From: Fonticula alba ATCC 38817
Lineage: Eukaryota; Protista; Nucleariida
Assembly (NCBI GenBank): GCA_000388065.2
Contig: KB932203.1
Strand: one strand, 5' to 3'
DNA length: 64,000 bases
The notes below the pieces were generated by a model. It saw only the letters and a list, made by a program, of their open reading frames with translations, was not told the DNA's origin and did no database searches. Position 1 is the stretch's first letter, and each line of letters begins with the position of its first letter. The translations under genes and the position numbers were made by a program. Of this stretch, positions 22,801 to 36,300 are shown in pieces.

Positions 22801-23728
22801 CCCGCGGCTCCTTCACCTGGGAGGCGGCCTTCTCCCGGGCCTCGGTGGTGGCCTGGTACTGGAGGTTCACCTGCTCCGCGTCGAAGTCCTTCAGCGGGTG
22901 CTTGATCGGGTCGGTCTGGGTCAGGCGCGTCAGCTGGGCCCAGTCCTCGTTCTCCGAGTCGGTGCCAGCCACGAAGTCCTCCTCGGCGGCGGCGGCGGCG
23001 GCCGCGTCGGCCGGGGCGGTGCCGGCGACCGCCGCGGCCTTGGCACCCGTCGAGAGGAGGTGCTCCGTCGGCGACACGGGCCCCAGCCGCGGGCTGGTCA
23101 CCTCCAGTGGCAGGGGGTCAATCGAGATGGCCGAGTCGCGGAGCTGGAACTCCGGGTCATAGAGCAGCGTCGAGGAGTTGGCCACGGAGCGGCTCAGGCG
23201 CGGGATGTAGCCCTTGGCCGGGGTGGGCTGGGTGCGCTCGGGCAGCGGGTACTCCGACAGCCGACCTGGCGTGCCAGGGCCGCCCAGGGCGCCTGGCGCG
23301 CCGGCCTGCAGCGACCGGAGCAGACGTTCATTGTGCGACAGCGGCCGATCGGGCAGCGGCTCCGGCGCCACGAAAGACGCGAACTCCTGCCCGGCCCCGG
23401 CGAGAGCCTGCGGCCGGGGCAGGACCGGCATGCTTGGCGGGGGGGACGCCGGCATGCCTGGCGGGGGGGACGCCGGCAGGCCTGGCGAGGGGGGTGCCGG
23501 GGCTGGCGGGGTGGCCGCAGGCGCCGGGGCACTGGCCGGGGTGCCGGCGCCCTGGGCCAGGCGCAGCTGGTCCAGCATCTGGGCCCGGCGATTGACCGAG
23601 TAGTGTCGGCGCGGGGCCGGGCGCTCTAGCAGGACATCCAACAGCGGAATGGCCGGCGCCCGGGGGCCCGAGCCGTGGCCTGGCAGCAGGTGGCCCGGCA
23701 CCCGGCGAACCAATGACCAGCGGAGCAT
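19836..23728 (-). CDS. ERAL1: Era-family GTPase (ERAL1-like, probably mitochondrial) with C-terminal KH domain and a ~500-aa insertion between G4 and G5
   Basis: G1 GTPNSGKS, G2 NTTR, G3 DTPG, G4 NK|TD (formed by splicing), G5 MISA. KH domain [17 protein letters not shown]...KIVGRNG...LVLHVRV. Arg-rich N-terminus [12 protein letters not shown] resembles a mitochondrial presequence. Confidence 0.9.
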
Positions 23729-24539
23729 TGCGCGCGCGTGTGTGTTTGTCTGTGTGTCTGGCTGTGTGCGTGTGCGTGTGCGTGTGCGTGTGTGTGTGTG
23801 TCTTGGCGTGGGCAGATCCGCTCCGCTCGCGTGGTTTTACGGTCCGGCACGCTGCTCGAGGCTCTTTCTCTTCCCCTGCCTACGTGGAGATTTCACCTGA
23901 CTGAGGCGAGGGCGTGGGGCGCGGTACAGCAGGCGCCGAAGGAAGTGGGCGGAGAGAGGGTGGGGGGGGGGGGAGAGGAAGGGGAGCCGTGCGGTGCTTG
24001 AAACGCTCTTGATAAACCAGCGGCAGATCCCTCGTGCACGGGGCAGCCAATGCAGAGACCCGGGAGAAGGGAGGGGCGGAGGTGGCGATGGGCCTGTGAC
24101 AAGGCCGCGAGAGTGCGAGGGTAGAGGGGCGCAGGAGATATGGATGTGCAAAGGAGAGGGGGAGGGAGGGGGAGAGAGAGAAGGGGGATACCCGGTTCCC
24201 GGCATGCTCCAGGCAGCCCTCGCCAGGACCGTTGAAAAATGTATGTCCCCCCCCTCGGATCAGGCACATGCCGAACGAGGAAGCAGGGGACAAGAGGCGG
24301 GCCCGGGCCCCGGCGACGATGGCGATACATGGCATGGCCCGGGGACCACGCTCGGGGCCACGCCGCCGGTCCGTGGGTTGGCAGCTCATTGGGAGTTATC
24401 ATGTGTGTGTATTGTCATGCAGGGGGAGGTCAGCCGGCGCAGGGGGCGGGGGGGGGGGGGCGGAGACCGACACCGGCCGGCGAACAGCTGGCCTCTCGGC
24501 CCGGCCCGCCATCCCCCCCCCTTTCCCTGCCAGCCGGCT

Positions 24540-27500
24540 CTACTTGGCGGCCGAGGGGCCGCCGGCTCCCGATCCATTGCGGGCTGGGGTATTGTCGGGT
24601 GTGGCCGTTGGCGCGGCCGGTGCCGGTGCCGGTGCCGCCCCGGAGGATGTGCCCCCGGCAGCCGAGCTGGCCGGGGTGCTGCCCTCCGAGGCGGACTTGT
24701 CGGCGGGGGAGGGCTTTTCGCTGGCCGTCGAGGACTTGTCACTGGCCGCGGGCCGATCGGCGCCGGGCTTGTCACTTGAGGCGTGCCCGCCGCCGCCGCC
24801 ACCGCCGCGGCTGCCACCCGGGCCGCCGGTCGAGGCGCCGGACCCACTGGCCCCCTGCTGCCGGGGGAGGCTATCGCGCGAGGCGTTGATGACATCCATG
24901 ACGGCCTGCGAGCCGGGCGAGCTGGGCGCCTCGAAGGGGTCCTGCCCGGGGAGGTTCAGCACGAAGACCTGGGAGATGGACTTGAACTTCTCGTCGCTCT
25001 CATCGTCATCATCGAAGAGGACCAAGTAGTCGTTGCCGGCGCGCCGGAGCGAGGGCGGCTGCACGACAGTGGCCTCGTAGAAGCATGTGGTGCCGGGATA
25101 CAGGCAGAGGACCTTCTTGAACCGGGGGAACTCATGCGGGACGTAGTTTGTGGCGTTCTGCCGGGAGCGGGGCGGGGGGCGGGGGGGGGGGGGGGAGGGA
25201 GAGAAGGAGGAGGAGAGAAAAGCATGTGTGTACGTGCGTGTGTATGTGAGAGAGGGAGGGAGAGAGCACCGGCCAGGGCGCCACTGGCAGGCGAGGAAAC
25301 ACCAGCGGAGCAATGGCAAAGGGGCGTACCTCCTTCGGCGGCTCGGGCAGACTCTTCGGCAGGGGGATGATCATGTCCGAATTGAGGGTATACCGCTTGG
25401 GGGGCTCCTGCTCGTCCTCGTTCTCGGCGTCGGTCACCTCGTACCGCGTGCGGGACAGGCGCCTTCGCCGGGCAGCCGCGCGACCAAGGGCATGTTAGCC
25501 GAGCAGCGACAGGGGAGGCGGGCGGGCAGCGAGCAAACAAAGGTCCATCCACCAAACGGACACCCACGCACCGTGACACCTCGGCCAGGATCCACTCCTG
25601 AGTCTTGGCCTTGCCCTTGCCGGTCAGTGCGGCCACAAAGTCCCCAGGGGCAAAGACGGCCCCGGGCTCGGCCGGAGTCGGCCCGCACAGGGGCGGCGGG
25701 TTCTTGCCCTTGTAGATGCTGACATTCTTCTTCTGCGGGTGGATGGGTCCCCCGCCCCCGCACCCCCGATCAAGGTAGGCCGAGAGTCAGACACACGCAT
25801 CCAGGAGGCCACCCGGCCCGAGGCCACGGAGGGCCGGGAAAGGGCCGGCGCAAGAGGAGGCCACACAAGCAAATGGCCCCGGGCCGCTCCCCCCCCCCCT
25901 CCCCCACCTCCCACAACCGGGCCGGCCCTGCAGGTTGCCATGCTACGTACCACGCGCTCCTCGATGGGGGACTCGAACTTGGGGCGCTTGCGGGGGTGGT
26001 CGGCCGACCCGTCCAGCCGACTGGCCGAGTCGTCGCGGCGCGAATGGCCATCGGCTTCGCGCTTGGCGTCGGAGCCGGCCCGCGAGCCGCCCGGCCGGCC
26101 GCCCCCGGCTCCGCCGCCCGGGCTGTCGATGGCCGGGGAGCTGCCCCGGCCGCCGCGCGAGGCCGATGGCGAATCGCGCGATGACCGGCTCCCGGCGTTG
26201 GCCACCGCCAGCGACCCATGCGAGGAGGAGCCGGACGCGCTGCCGGGCCCGCCGCCGGAGCCGGGCCCGCCGCCGGAACGCCCGGACCCGGACCCATCAC
26301 GGTGCGACCCATGCCGCGAGCTGCCACCGGGCCCGGCGCCACCATCGGCCGAGGCCCCACCCCGGCCGGCCCGGCTGCTGGAGCCCGACCCGGCCGTGAT
26401 GCCAGGCGACTGATGGGACCCGCCGCCGGACATGGCCGAGTGCGAGCCCCCGGGCCCGGTGCCGCCGCGGTAGTCCGACCGGCCATCCTCCGGGCCGGCC
26501 CCCTCCGAGGTCACATCCACCAGCAGGTCCCCGGAGGGGGAGCTTTCCACATAGGGGATGGCAATTTCCGGGGTGTAGGTGTCCTCCAGGGTGGTGGCCG
26601 CGCGGGTCATGCGCCCGACGGCGCGCTGGAAAAACTGGTTCAGCAGCAGGACCTGGTGCTCCTGGTTGGTCTTCAGAGGCAGCAGGTGCGTCAGGCTCCG
26701 GTAAATGTCATGCAGCAGGGCGTCACACTTGTCCGGGCCCAGCTCCGCGTGGTTCCGGCAAAAGTACAGGATCTTGTCGTGCGTCACGGCCGACAAATCG
26801 GCCGAGAGCTCTTCCAACTCGCGGATCTGCAACACGCGCGCAAGGGGAAGGGCCGGGGGCGGGCAAATGGCGGTCAGAGGGTCGGTCGCCCGGCCGGGTC
26901 AGCCAAGGGGAAGGAACAGGCCGTGGGTCGGGGAGGACCGGGCCACAGGGGGCGCCGGGGCGCCGGGGCACCGGAGCACCGGGCGGGGCCAGAGAGGGGG
27001 AGGGGCGAAAGGGAACATACATTGGTCAGGCGCTTGCGCCACTCCTGGGCCAGGTGCTCGGCCGTGTCCAGGAACATGTCCAGCTCGCGCATGGCCTTAA
27101 AGTCGTCGGGGGCCGCAGTCGAGCCGGCCGCCGCGGCGGCGGCGGCGGTGGCGGTGGTGGCGATGGCGGTGGCGGTGGCCGGCCCGGCGGCGGGGGGCCC
27201 GGTCACGGTCGACGGGGCGGCCGATGCCGCGGCCGCCGACGAAGCCGTCGCCGCAGTCGCGGCCGGCGTCGACTGCGCTGCACCGCCCCCGCGGGACGCC
27301 TGGCTGGCAGCCTTGCCTTGAGAGGCCCCGCTGGCGGACTTGGCACCCGGTTTGTTGGCGGACTTGCCCGACCCGCCACCGGAGGAGCCGCTGCCCTTCG
27401 AGGAGGAGGAGGAGGAGGAGGAGCCCCCGGAGCCGGACGAGGAGGACCCCTGTCGCGCTGAGGCGCCGGAGCCCCCGACCGGGGGGGTGCCGGTGCGCAC

Positions 27501-27611
27501 GGCCGTGGCGCGTCGCGACGTGGCGGCCGGCCGCGCCGAACCGCCCTTGCCGGATGCCTGCGCCGGGGGGGCCGGCGCCGAGGAGGCCGACGGCGGGCCG
27601 CCTGCCGACAT
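24540..27611 (-). CDS. SGF29: SAGA-associated factor 29 (tandem Tudor H3K4me reader); multi-exon
   Basis: Tudor 1: GDFVAAL...QEWILAEV. Linker: YTLNSDMIIPLPK. Tudor 2: FPRFKKVLCLYPGTTCFYEATVVQPP...DYLVLFDD (cf. SGF29 VLALYPQTTCFY). N-terminal helical region. ATG at 27611, stop TAG at 24540. Confidence 0.9.
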
Positions 27612-27651
27612 GGTCACTTGGGGGGGGGAGGAGAGAGGAGCAGGGGAGGAA

Positions 27652-27684
<33 letters not shown>

Positions 27685-28013
27685 TCGGCCGGGGAAAGGG
27701 CGTGCAGCAGGGGGAGATGTGGGGACACGGAGGCAGATGCGCTGCCCTCGACGCGGGCCCTCTCCCCGGGGGTGGGGGCATTTTCAGCGGGGATCAGCCC
27801 GCTAGTGTGTATCCCCCCCTCTGCCCGGGGAGCAAACACGACCGGGGGCCTCGGGGGTCTCACGGTGTGTGGTGCGCGGCCGCGCCCGGCCGGGCGACTG
27901 GCTCCGGGGGATCGACACCCCGGTGTCTCCGTTGGCATGTGGGCATCGCCGGTTGTGGGTGCGATGTCGGCCACTGCCGCCAGAGGTGTGTGCGAGGGGG
28001 CGGGGGTCTGGGG

Positions 28014-28363
28014 NNNNNNNNNNNNNNNNNNNNNNNNNNNNNNNNNNNNNNNNNNNNNNNNNNNNNNNNNNNNNNNNNNNNNNNNNNNNNNNNNNNNNNN
28101 NNNNNNNNNNNNNNNNNNNNNNNNNNNNNNNNNNNNNNNNNNNNNNNNNNNNNNNNNNNNNNNNNNNNNNNNNNNNNNNNNNNNNNNNNNNNNNNNNNNN
28201 NNNNNNNNNNNNNNNNNNNNNNNNNNNNNNNNNNNNNNNNNNNNNNNNNNNNNNNNNNNNNNNNNNNNNNNNNNNNNNNNNNNNNNNNNNNNNNNNNNNN
28301 NNNNNNNNNNNNNNNNNNNNNNNNNNNNNNNNNNNNNNNNNNNNNNNNNNNNNNNNNNNNNNN
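28014..28363. other. assembly gap (N run); probably hides exon 1 of the NC2beta gene
   Basis: 350 Ns. The DR1-like frame begins at a splice acceptor at 28421 and has no evident start codon after the gap. Confidence 0.8.
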
Positions 28364-28396
<33 letters not shown>

Positions 28397-28420
28397 TGCG
28401 CGTGCATCTCCCTCCTCAAG

Positions 28421-29022
28421 CCACAATCTCGAAGATGGTACAGGAGATGCTGCCCGACGATGTGACCTGCGCGCGCGACGCCTATGACGTCCTGATGTCC
28501 TGCTGCATCGGTGCGTGCCCCCTTGCTTTCGCCTCCCTCCTCCCCCCTGCCCTCTCCCCCGCGCACATGCATCGATGCCTGCCCGCCTGACACGCCGACC
28601 CATGCACACGCGCGTCGGCAGAGTTTGTTCACCTCCTGGCGGCCGAGGCCAATGAGATCTGCGAGGCCGAGCAGAAGCGCACAATCCTGCCGGAGCACAT
28701 TGTTGCGGCGCTCAAGCGCCTGGAATTCGGCGAGGAGTTCCTGAAGCCCGTGGAGGAGGCCTTCCCCGAACACAAGAAGGACGCCAAGGAGCGGGTGCGT
28801 GTCCCTTGGCCCGCCTCTCTTCTTTTTTTTTCGCCCCCCCCCCCTCGCTTCCTCGGCCATGCATCTGCCCGGACAACGCCCGCTCGCTCACCCGCACGCA
28901 CAACGCCCCTGCACCAGACAACCGAGCGGCGCAACCAGCGCGAGAAAAGCGTCGTCACCGATGAGATGCTCCGGCAGCAGCAGGCGCTGCTGGACAAGGC
29001 CCGCGAGAAGTTCTTCAATTAG
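28421..29022 (+). CDS. DR1: Negative cofactor 2 beta subunit (DR1/NCB2), histone fold; 5' exon not visible
   Basis: Exons 28421-28510, 28622-28794 and 28918-29022 give ATISKMVQEMLPDDVTCARDAYDVLMSCCIEFVHLLAAEANEICEAEQKRTILPEHIVAALKRLEF...DEMLRQQQALLDKAR, matching DR1 (cf. CCTEFIHLISSEANEIC...EELLRQQQELFAKAR). Confidence 0.92.
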
Positions 29023-29091
29023 ACACGGCTGCCCGAATTGAATACACCACAAAAGACACACATACACCCACGTGCAAGGAGGAGAAGCCCC

Positions 29092-29108
29092 GTATATGTA
29101 TAAAAATA
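29092..29108 (+). terminator. putative 3'-end/polyadenylation signal region (TATATGTATAAAAATA)
   Basis: AT-rich TAYRTA-like plus A-rich motif ~70 nt after the DR1 stop, in the short gap between convergent genes. Function is inferred. Confidence 0.3.
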
Positions 29109-29301
29109 GGCCAAGAGGGCACTTCGTGTCAGGCTGCACGCGGTTTTCGGTGCACTTTTTTTTTTTTCGGACACAGGGGGGAAAGCGAGCCGGGGGGTCT
29201 TGTGCGCCGATTGCCGATCGCCGATCGCCGGCCGTCAGACGGATGCCTACACAGCGGGACCCCCCCCCCCCCCCCCCTGCCCCCCGGCACCTCCGCCCCG
29301 G

Positions 29302-32300
29302 CTACAGGTCATCCGGCCGGAGGGCCAGCCCTGGCAGGCGGTCCGCCACGCAGACCACCCGCCGGCGGTCGGTCGACGTTAGCAGCACCGCCCCGCGAGC
29401 CGGGACCAGCGCCACATGCGCCGGGGCCTGGTCCTCGAGGCCGGGACCGAACAGAGCCCCCCCCGTGCCGAGAGGCCACTCATGGCGGATGGCCGCCGGC
29501 AGGCGAGCAACCCCGGCCAGGGGAGAGGGCTCCAGTTGCGGGTGGTCCAGCAGGTGCAGGTCCAGCAGCGCAAAATGGCGCCCGGGCCCGGGCGGCCCAT
29601 CGGCCACCAGCACCAGGCACATGGTCGGATCGACCAGCGTCAGGTCCAGGATGGCGGCCCAACGCCGCGGCATATCCAGCACCAAGTGCAGACCGGCCAC
29701 ACAGGGGATGGGCCCGCGGCTGGCATCCGGCCCGGGCCCCGGGCCCCGGTGGACCCGGCCACAGGTGGCCACGCAAACCAAGTGCACCCGACCGGGCTGG
29801 GCAAAGGCCCCGCCATTGCTCGCCGGCTGGGGCTGCTCAATGGCCGGGTGCAGGTGCAGGTGGTGCTCGGCCGGGGTGCCGGCCTCGGGCGGATCGCCTG
29901 GCGCCCGACACCGGAGCCGGGGCTCGAACACCGGCGGCAGGGCCCCCTCCAGCAGGAAGCCCGCTCCCGGGCGGACCCCCGCCCCGGGGCCCAGGACCAG
30001 CCCCTCGGCCGGACTGGATGGCAGGAGGCTGGCCCCCAGGCCGGGGTCAGGGCCGCGGGGCGCCTGCCGCCAGGCCCCACTGGCCCGGAGGTGGAAGTCC
30101 GCCTGCAAGTGGGACAGCTGCTCGCGCAGGGCCAGCAACCCCGATGCCAGGCTGCCTCGGGCAGATGCGGCGAGGATGCCGGCCAGGCCCGGGACCGGGC
30201 GCCCGGCAACCGGCCCCGGCCCGGCGATGAAGAACCCGAAGTACTCGTCGAAGCGGCAGTCGGCCCCGCGCACGGCCATGCCGCCGGGGTGGACCGGCCC
30301 CTGGGCCGGCCGGCCGACAAACAGCCGCTCGATGGTGGCCGTCAGCTGGGCCTGGGAGAAGGCCTCGCCCGAGGAGGCCGAGGGGTCGGCCGAGCGGGCG
30401 GCCGCCGCGGCTGCCGCCGCCGCCGCCGCCGCCCGCGCACCCTTCTCCCGGGCCGGCCCGGCGTCGGCATCCTCGTCGTCGCTGGCGCCATCGGTGGCCG
30501 CCTCATGCAGGGCCGCGTCGATGCCCTGCAGCCAGGCGAAGAAGTGCACCAGCTGCTCGGTGTGCGACTCGACGGCCACCCGGCAGTGCTCGAACTGCGA
30601 CATCAGCTCCGCCGTGGTGCTGATCATCCGGCGCAGGGTGGGCTCCGAAAGGGCGAGCCCCGGGCCGGCCGCCGAGCCGGGCCCCGGGGCCGACAGCGGC
30701 AGCAGCAGCTCCAGCTCGATGAGCAGCGCGCGCAGCGAGGGGAGCGTGAAGTCCGAGATGATGTTCAAGATGCTCTGGCTGGCGAAGCGCAGCAGGCGCA
30801 CGAGCTTCCGCCGGCGCTGTGCATTTCCCCGCGCGCCAGGGGGAGAGGCAGAGACGGAAAGCGCCAGGCGGCGAGGGAGCGAGGGAGGGAGGGAGGGAGA
30901 ATGGAGCAGCCCGGCAGGACGGCGCGCCACCCCGGACAGGGGTCAGCCACATGTGGACCGGCAGGGCCGGCGATACAGCGAAGAAGGAGGGGCAAAATGA
31001 ATGAGGCAGGGGCCAGAGGGAGGGGGCAAAAAAAAAAAAAGGCCCACAAAATGCCTCCGGGCTGGCGCACCTCCGCATGGTACGACGAGGACAGGAGGTC
31101 CGCCACATAGCCCGGCGTCAGGCCGGTGGACAGGGCACTCAGCAGGGACAGCCGGATGCGGCTCAGCAGGCGCTGCTCCGGGTCGCCGGCAGCCTCCCCG
31201 GCCGGGTCCTCGGCGTCCTCATCCGCCGGCATGGCGGCGGTGGCGGCCCGCGAGAAGCCCAGCAGCTCGGCCTGCACGCAGGACCAGGCATGCCGGCTCC
31301 GGGCATAGGTGGTGGCCGCCCAATTGAGCAGGACCTCCGCCCGGCGGGTGTACACGCTGAGCTCCTTCAGCAGCGGTCGCGCATGATGCAAGTCCCCCGA
31401 GAGGAAGGCGAAGGCCTCGGCCGGCTGGGGCCCCGGCCGCAGGCACAGCACGCTGGCCAGCGGCCCGCCCGTGGCCGACCAGGACAGGCAGGCCGACGTG
31501 CCGGCCGCCATGGCATCGGTGCCCGGCGCCGCCGCGCCCGGGGGAGGGATGTCGGGCCCGGTGGCCGGCACGCCGGTCAACCGGGCCGGCCCGGCCGCCG
31601 CCCCGAAGAACATCCCCAGGCTCAGGGCATTGGGCCAGAACACCGAGAAGGCCGGAGTCCGGCCAGCGGCCCGGTCAGCCGGCCCATCCAAACATGCCAG
31701 CACCACATCCGGCGAGGTGGCCGGCTCGGCGGCCGCCCGGCCCACCAGCCTGGGCAGCTCCGGCGGCGACACCGCCAAAAACCCGGCCGGCAGGTCCGAC
31801 GACTGGAGCTCCAACGCGTCGAGCGGCGCCGGCCGCGGGGGCGGGCACAGGCTGCGCGCAAATTCCTCCTTGAGCGACTGGCCATCGGTCGGGCGGTCAG
31901 TGCCGGGGCATCACTTGTCTTTGGACTTGGCACCGGCCGGTGCTCGACCCCCCCCCCCGGGCCGGCTGGCCGGCACGCGCGCCGACGCGAGCCCACACCG
32001 AAGCCGCAGCGACAGGCGAACGTACCGTCATGCGGCCGCTACCCATGTCAGGCGGCGGGATCTTGGCCAGCGAGTCGTGACGGCGCCCCCCCGGCATGCA
32101 GCGCTCCGCAGGATGCCGCGACGCCAGGAGAATGGCCGCGTCCGCGCTGAGGGACACGGCGAAGCGCGCCCCACAGGCGAACGACAGGAGGCAGGCGCGC
32201 GGGGCCGTCAGCCAGGCAACCGAGCAGGGGAGGCATGCGCCATCGCCAGGCTGCGTGACATCCACCGCCGGAGATGCCGGGCCCTCCGACAAAGACCCCA

Positions 32301-32670
32301 CCATCGCCAGCAGGTCCTCCGGCCGGAGGGCCCACACCAGGTCCCCGGAGTGCACGGAAAACAGGACCACCAGACGGAGCCCGGCGCTGGACTTGGGGCT
32401 GCTGCTGCTGCTGCTGCTGCGGCTGTCACCGCTGCCAGGGCGCAGAAACAGCGGCCCGTGCCCGCCGCCAGCCGCCGGCGCCCGGAGGTCAAAGCATGCC
32501 AGGGCCAGCTCGTCATCCGGACTGATGTCCAGCCGGGTGGGGCTCGGCAACAGCGACAGGCCGCCCCGGTGGCCTGACACCTCAGCCGCCAGCCCCGGCG
32601 CCAGGTGCCGGCGCCAGTAGCCCGAGGTGAGGAGCACATCGCGCAGGGCGCTGCTTGCGGCCTGTGCCAT
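29302..32670 (-). CDS. ANAPC4: Anaphase-promoting complex subunit 4-like (split WD40 plus helical long domain)
   Basis: N-terminal beta-propeller-like segment (SPTRLDISPDDELALACFDL...VVLFSVHSGDLVWAL...VAWL). Helical domain LLSALSTGLTPGYVADLL...RKLVRLLRFASQSILNIISDFTLPSLRALLIEL...ELMSQFEHCRVAVESHTEQLVHFFAWLQ, matching the APC4 long domain ending in FFxWL. ATG at 32670. Confidence 0.7.
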
Positions 32671-33307
32671 GCTCACAAGATGGGGAGGGGGGTGCGTCAG
32701 AAGAGCGGCACCGGGCGGGGGCAGGAACAAAAAGATGGATGTGTAAGGGCGGGCGGCGGAGGCGCGGACATGAGGAGAGGAAGTGCCCGGGCCCCTCGGC
32801 GGGGAGTGTCCCGCGCACGCGTCCTGAAAAAAAACAAACAAATAAGCGCCAGGCACACCGCACACACCGGCACCGAAAGGCCCCTCCCCCCCCCCCCGCA
32901 CCGGCCGAAGAAGTATGCGCGAGCTCGCCGGCCGAGCAATCCCGCCGGCATCGGGCCGCGGGAAGCGATGCCAATTGCCAACGCATTCGGGCGCCCGGGA
33001 TCCAGGGCGCGAGAGTGCGCGCGGCGGTCCCGGCGCCCGGTTCCTGACCCTCCCCTGAAACGCATAGACACACACACAGACACACACACACACACACAGG
33101 CACACACAGGCGGGCGTCACCGCCCTGTGGCCCTGTCTCTGCCAGCAGGTACATGCCCCATACAAATGACATAGGTATATTGGTGAATGTGCCCACGGGC
33201 CCGGGCCTTCGTTCCGCGCCCAGCAGGCGAAGGACGGCAGGCAGGGAAGATGAACATCAACAGGGAGCCGGTGACACACCGGCACCATCAAAGGTGCGGC
33301 CCTTCCC

Positions 33308-36300
33308 CTAGGCCAGGGACGGGCCGCCGAAGCTCTCCTCGAACAGGCGCTGCGAGAGACGCATGTACTTCTCGACCTCCTGAAAGACCACCGCCAAGAG
33401 AGGACCCGAAGAAGTGGCGGCACCAGCGCGCATGTGCGACCGGAAGTGGCAAGGCCCCCCCGGGGGACGAGAGTGTCAGTCACGGAGGGGCGAGGGCAGG
33501 GGAAAAGAAAAAGGCACGAGGACAAAGGGGGGGGGGGGGAATGGCACGAACCGCTGGCTCCGAATCACTGAGCGGCACGAAGCGCTCCTTGGTGCCGGAC
33601 GGGTAGGCCGACAGGGGCGAGGTGGCCGCGGCCGGGCTGGCATCCGGCACACCGGACAACGAGGACGCCGGCGGCGGGATGGCCGACCGGCTGGTGGTCG
33701 ACGACCGCGACGACCGCCGGAACAGCCCGCCGTCGGAGGCCGACGTGGAGGCGGCCGCGGGGGCGGCCGACTCGGCGTGGATGTGCACCGAGCTGGCCGA
33801 CGGGGTGACCGCGGCCGAGCGCTTGCCGGTGGCCACGCTGGAAACCACATTGGCCAGCGAGGTGGGCACATAGTAGATCATCAGGCCGCTCTGGTGCAGG
33901 AAGGACCCGGCATCGCGCCGCGCCGGGGAGCCGAGCATCGGCGCCGGGCTGGCAGGGGCCGAGGCCGCCGCGACCGCCGCCCCGGCGCCCTGCTTCGGCG
34001 GGGCCACCAGCACCCAGTCGACCAGGCGATCGAAGGTGACAAACCACTTGACCGAGGGCCCGCGCGCGTCCACATACAGGATGCCCTGGCGCGCGAAGTA
34101 CAGGCTGGCCGACTCGCGGCGGATGTCCAGATGGTTGATGTAGTCCCAGGTGAAGAACTGCGANNNNNNNNNNNNNNNNNNNNNNNNNNNNNNNNNNNNN
34201 NNNNNNNNNNNNNNNNNNNNNNNNNNNNNNNNNNNNNNNNNNNNNNNNNNNNNNNNNNNNNNNNNNNNNNNNNNNNNNNNNNNNNNNNNNAAGGCGCCAG
34301 GACGGCAGCGACAGCATCAGATAAGCATGCTCCTTGGGCATATGGCGGGCGGGCCGAGGGGGAGGAAAAAGAAAAGAAGAAGAAAGAACGCACCTGGCCC
34401 TCATCGATGGTGGTCAGCAGGTGATTGCCGAAGGAATGGTGGGGGTAGTACGGCCGGAGGATGCGGTCCGGGCCGATGTAGCGCGGGATGCGAACATGCT
34501 CCGCCACGACGACCGAGCCGCTGACATCATTGCGGATGCCACTGGCGACTGCGGGCCCGCGGAGAACGGAAAAGAGGAAGAAGACAGCCGCATCGGGAGG
34601 CCGGCCGCCACACAGGGCAAGGGAATAGCACAAAGCACCGAAAATAAAAAAAAAAAGAGGTCAGACATCAGGCACAGAGACAGAAACGGAGAGAGGGCGA
34701 GCAAAGGAAGCGGCGGCGGGACAAAGGCGACGCGAAAGAAACACCCCAAGGGCAGGGCACGACGCACTGATGGCCGCGCCATCCAGCAGGCCAACCACCG
34801 GCTTGGTCACGGCGCCGGCCACGCCCTTGCCCACGCCGGAGAGGAAGCCCTTGAGGCCCTCCTCCTTGGCCCCATCCAGGGGCTTGGTCACCACCCCGGT
34901 CAGGGCGCTGCCGAGCCCACGCGCGAAGGTGGTCAGCCCGGTGCGCGTGGACTTGACGGTGCCCTGGCTGCGGGCGGCGATGCGCGTCACCTCGCGATCC
35001 TGCTGGAAGCGACTGTCGAAGGTCACCTCGGCCACGCCCTTGCTCAGGGAGCTGGTGATCTTGGTGGCGCTGTCCAGCACGCCGGACCCGGTGGACCGGA
35101 GCAGGGACGAAGTGCCGGCCGCCGCGCCCAGCAGGAACTCCTTCGACCCGCGGGTCAGGCCCTGGGCCGGCTCATAGAAGAAGTCCTGCACACCGGAGGA
35201 CAGGCTGTTGAAGAGGCCCACCGGGTTGCCGAGCATGTCAATCGACCCGACCAGCATCAGCAACTGGCGCATCACCTGCGTGGCATAGTGCCGGGTCACC
35301 AGCGACACAAAGAGGCTGTCGGCCGCCGCGAAGTTCGACACCTCCAGCGAATTCAGCCGGATCGGCGCCCGGTCAATGCTCCCGAGGGACATGGACAGCA
35401 GGTCCACCACCGAGCTCAGGAACCCGAAGACCAGGGCGCCCTGCATGACCGACCGCTGGGGAGCATCATCGGCCGCCGGGACAATGGCATCCCCGGCGCC
35501 GGCACCCGTGGAGCCGATGCCGCCATCGGGGCCGCCCTCGCCGCCGCCGGCGGCCGAGCCACCGGCCCCGCCCTCGGCCGCACCCTCGGCCAAGCCGTCC
35601 GGATTCCGGGACCGCATGAGCGTCAGGTTGATCTGGATCGGCTGGATCTCGAACACCCCGAAGTAGAGCCGCGTCGAGGCCGACCGGTGAACCGTCTGCG
35701 GCCGGGGCAGGCGCGGATCCACCGGACCGAAGGCGCCATGCAGGGTGGCCAGGCCGGGCTCCTCCAGAGCCGGCGGCCGGATCGCGGCCCCGGTCGGCAG
35801 CACCGCAAAGTGCCCCTCCTCCGGCTGCGGGCCGCCGCCCGGGCGAGGGCCCGGCACCGGCGCGCCCACCTGCAGCCGAGCAGAGGAACTCCCACTCGAG
35901 GGAAGCACACTGAAAACGAAGTCCAACATGCGCATCAGGAACACCTCGCTGCAATTGAGCTCGCACTCCTGCAGCAGGACACTCAGGGACTTGGCCACGA
36001 AGACATGCGCCTCGGGTTGCTTGACAATCAGCGTCGACAGGTAGAGCAGGGGCTTGGCGGAGGACGCGTCGCCGGCCGTGATGACGGCCCCGGGCTCGGC
36101 CTCGGCCACCGACCCGGCCGATGACCCGGAATCACCGGCACGCTGCTTGGTGATGGTCGAGTGGAAGACCACCGGGAAGAGGGACCCGCGACTGGTGTCA
36201 TCGATTTGCATCTGGCCAACGGTCAGGTCGATGGCCTGCGACAGGGAGGAGTCCGAGAACTGCAGCTTCAGGTCCTGCACCGTCAGGTACATGATCTCCC

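Noticed and set aside
23430-23495. 24-bp near-tandem repeat encoding PGMPASPP in the Era N-terminus
   Set aside because: Ordinary low-complexity duplication in a disordered segment.
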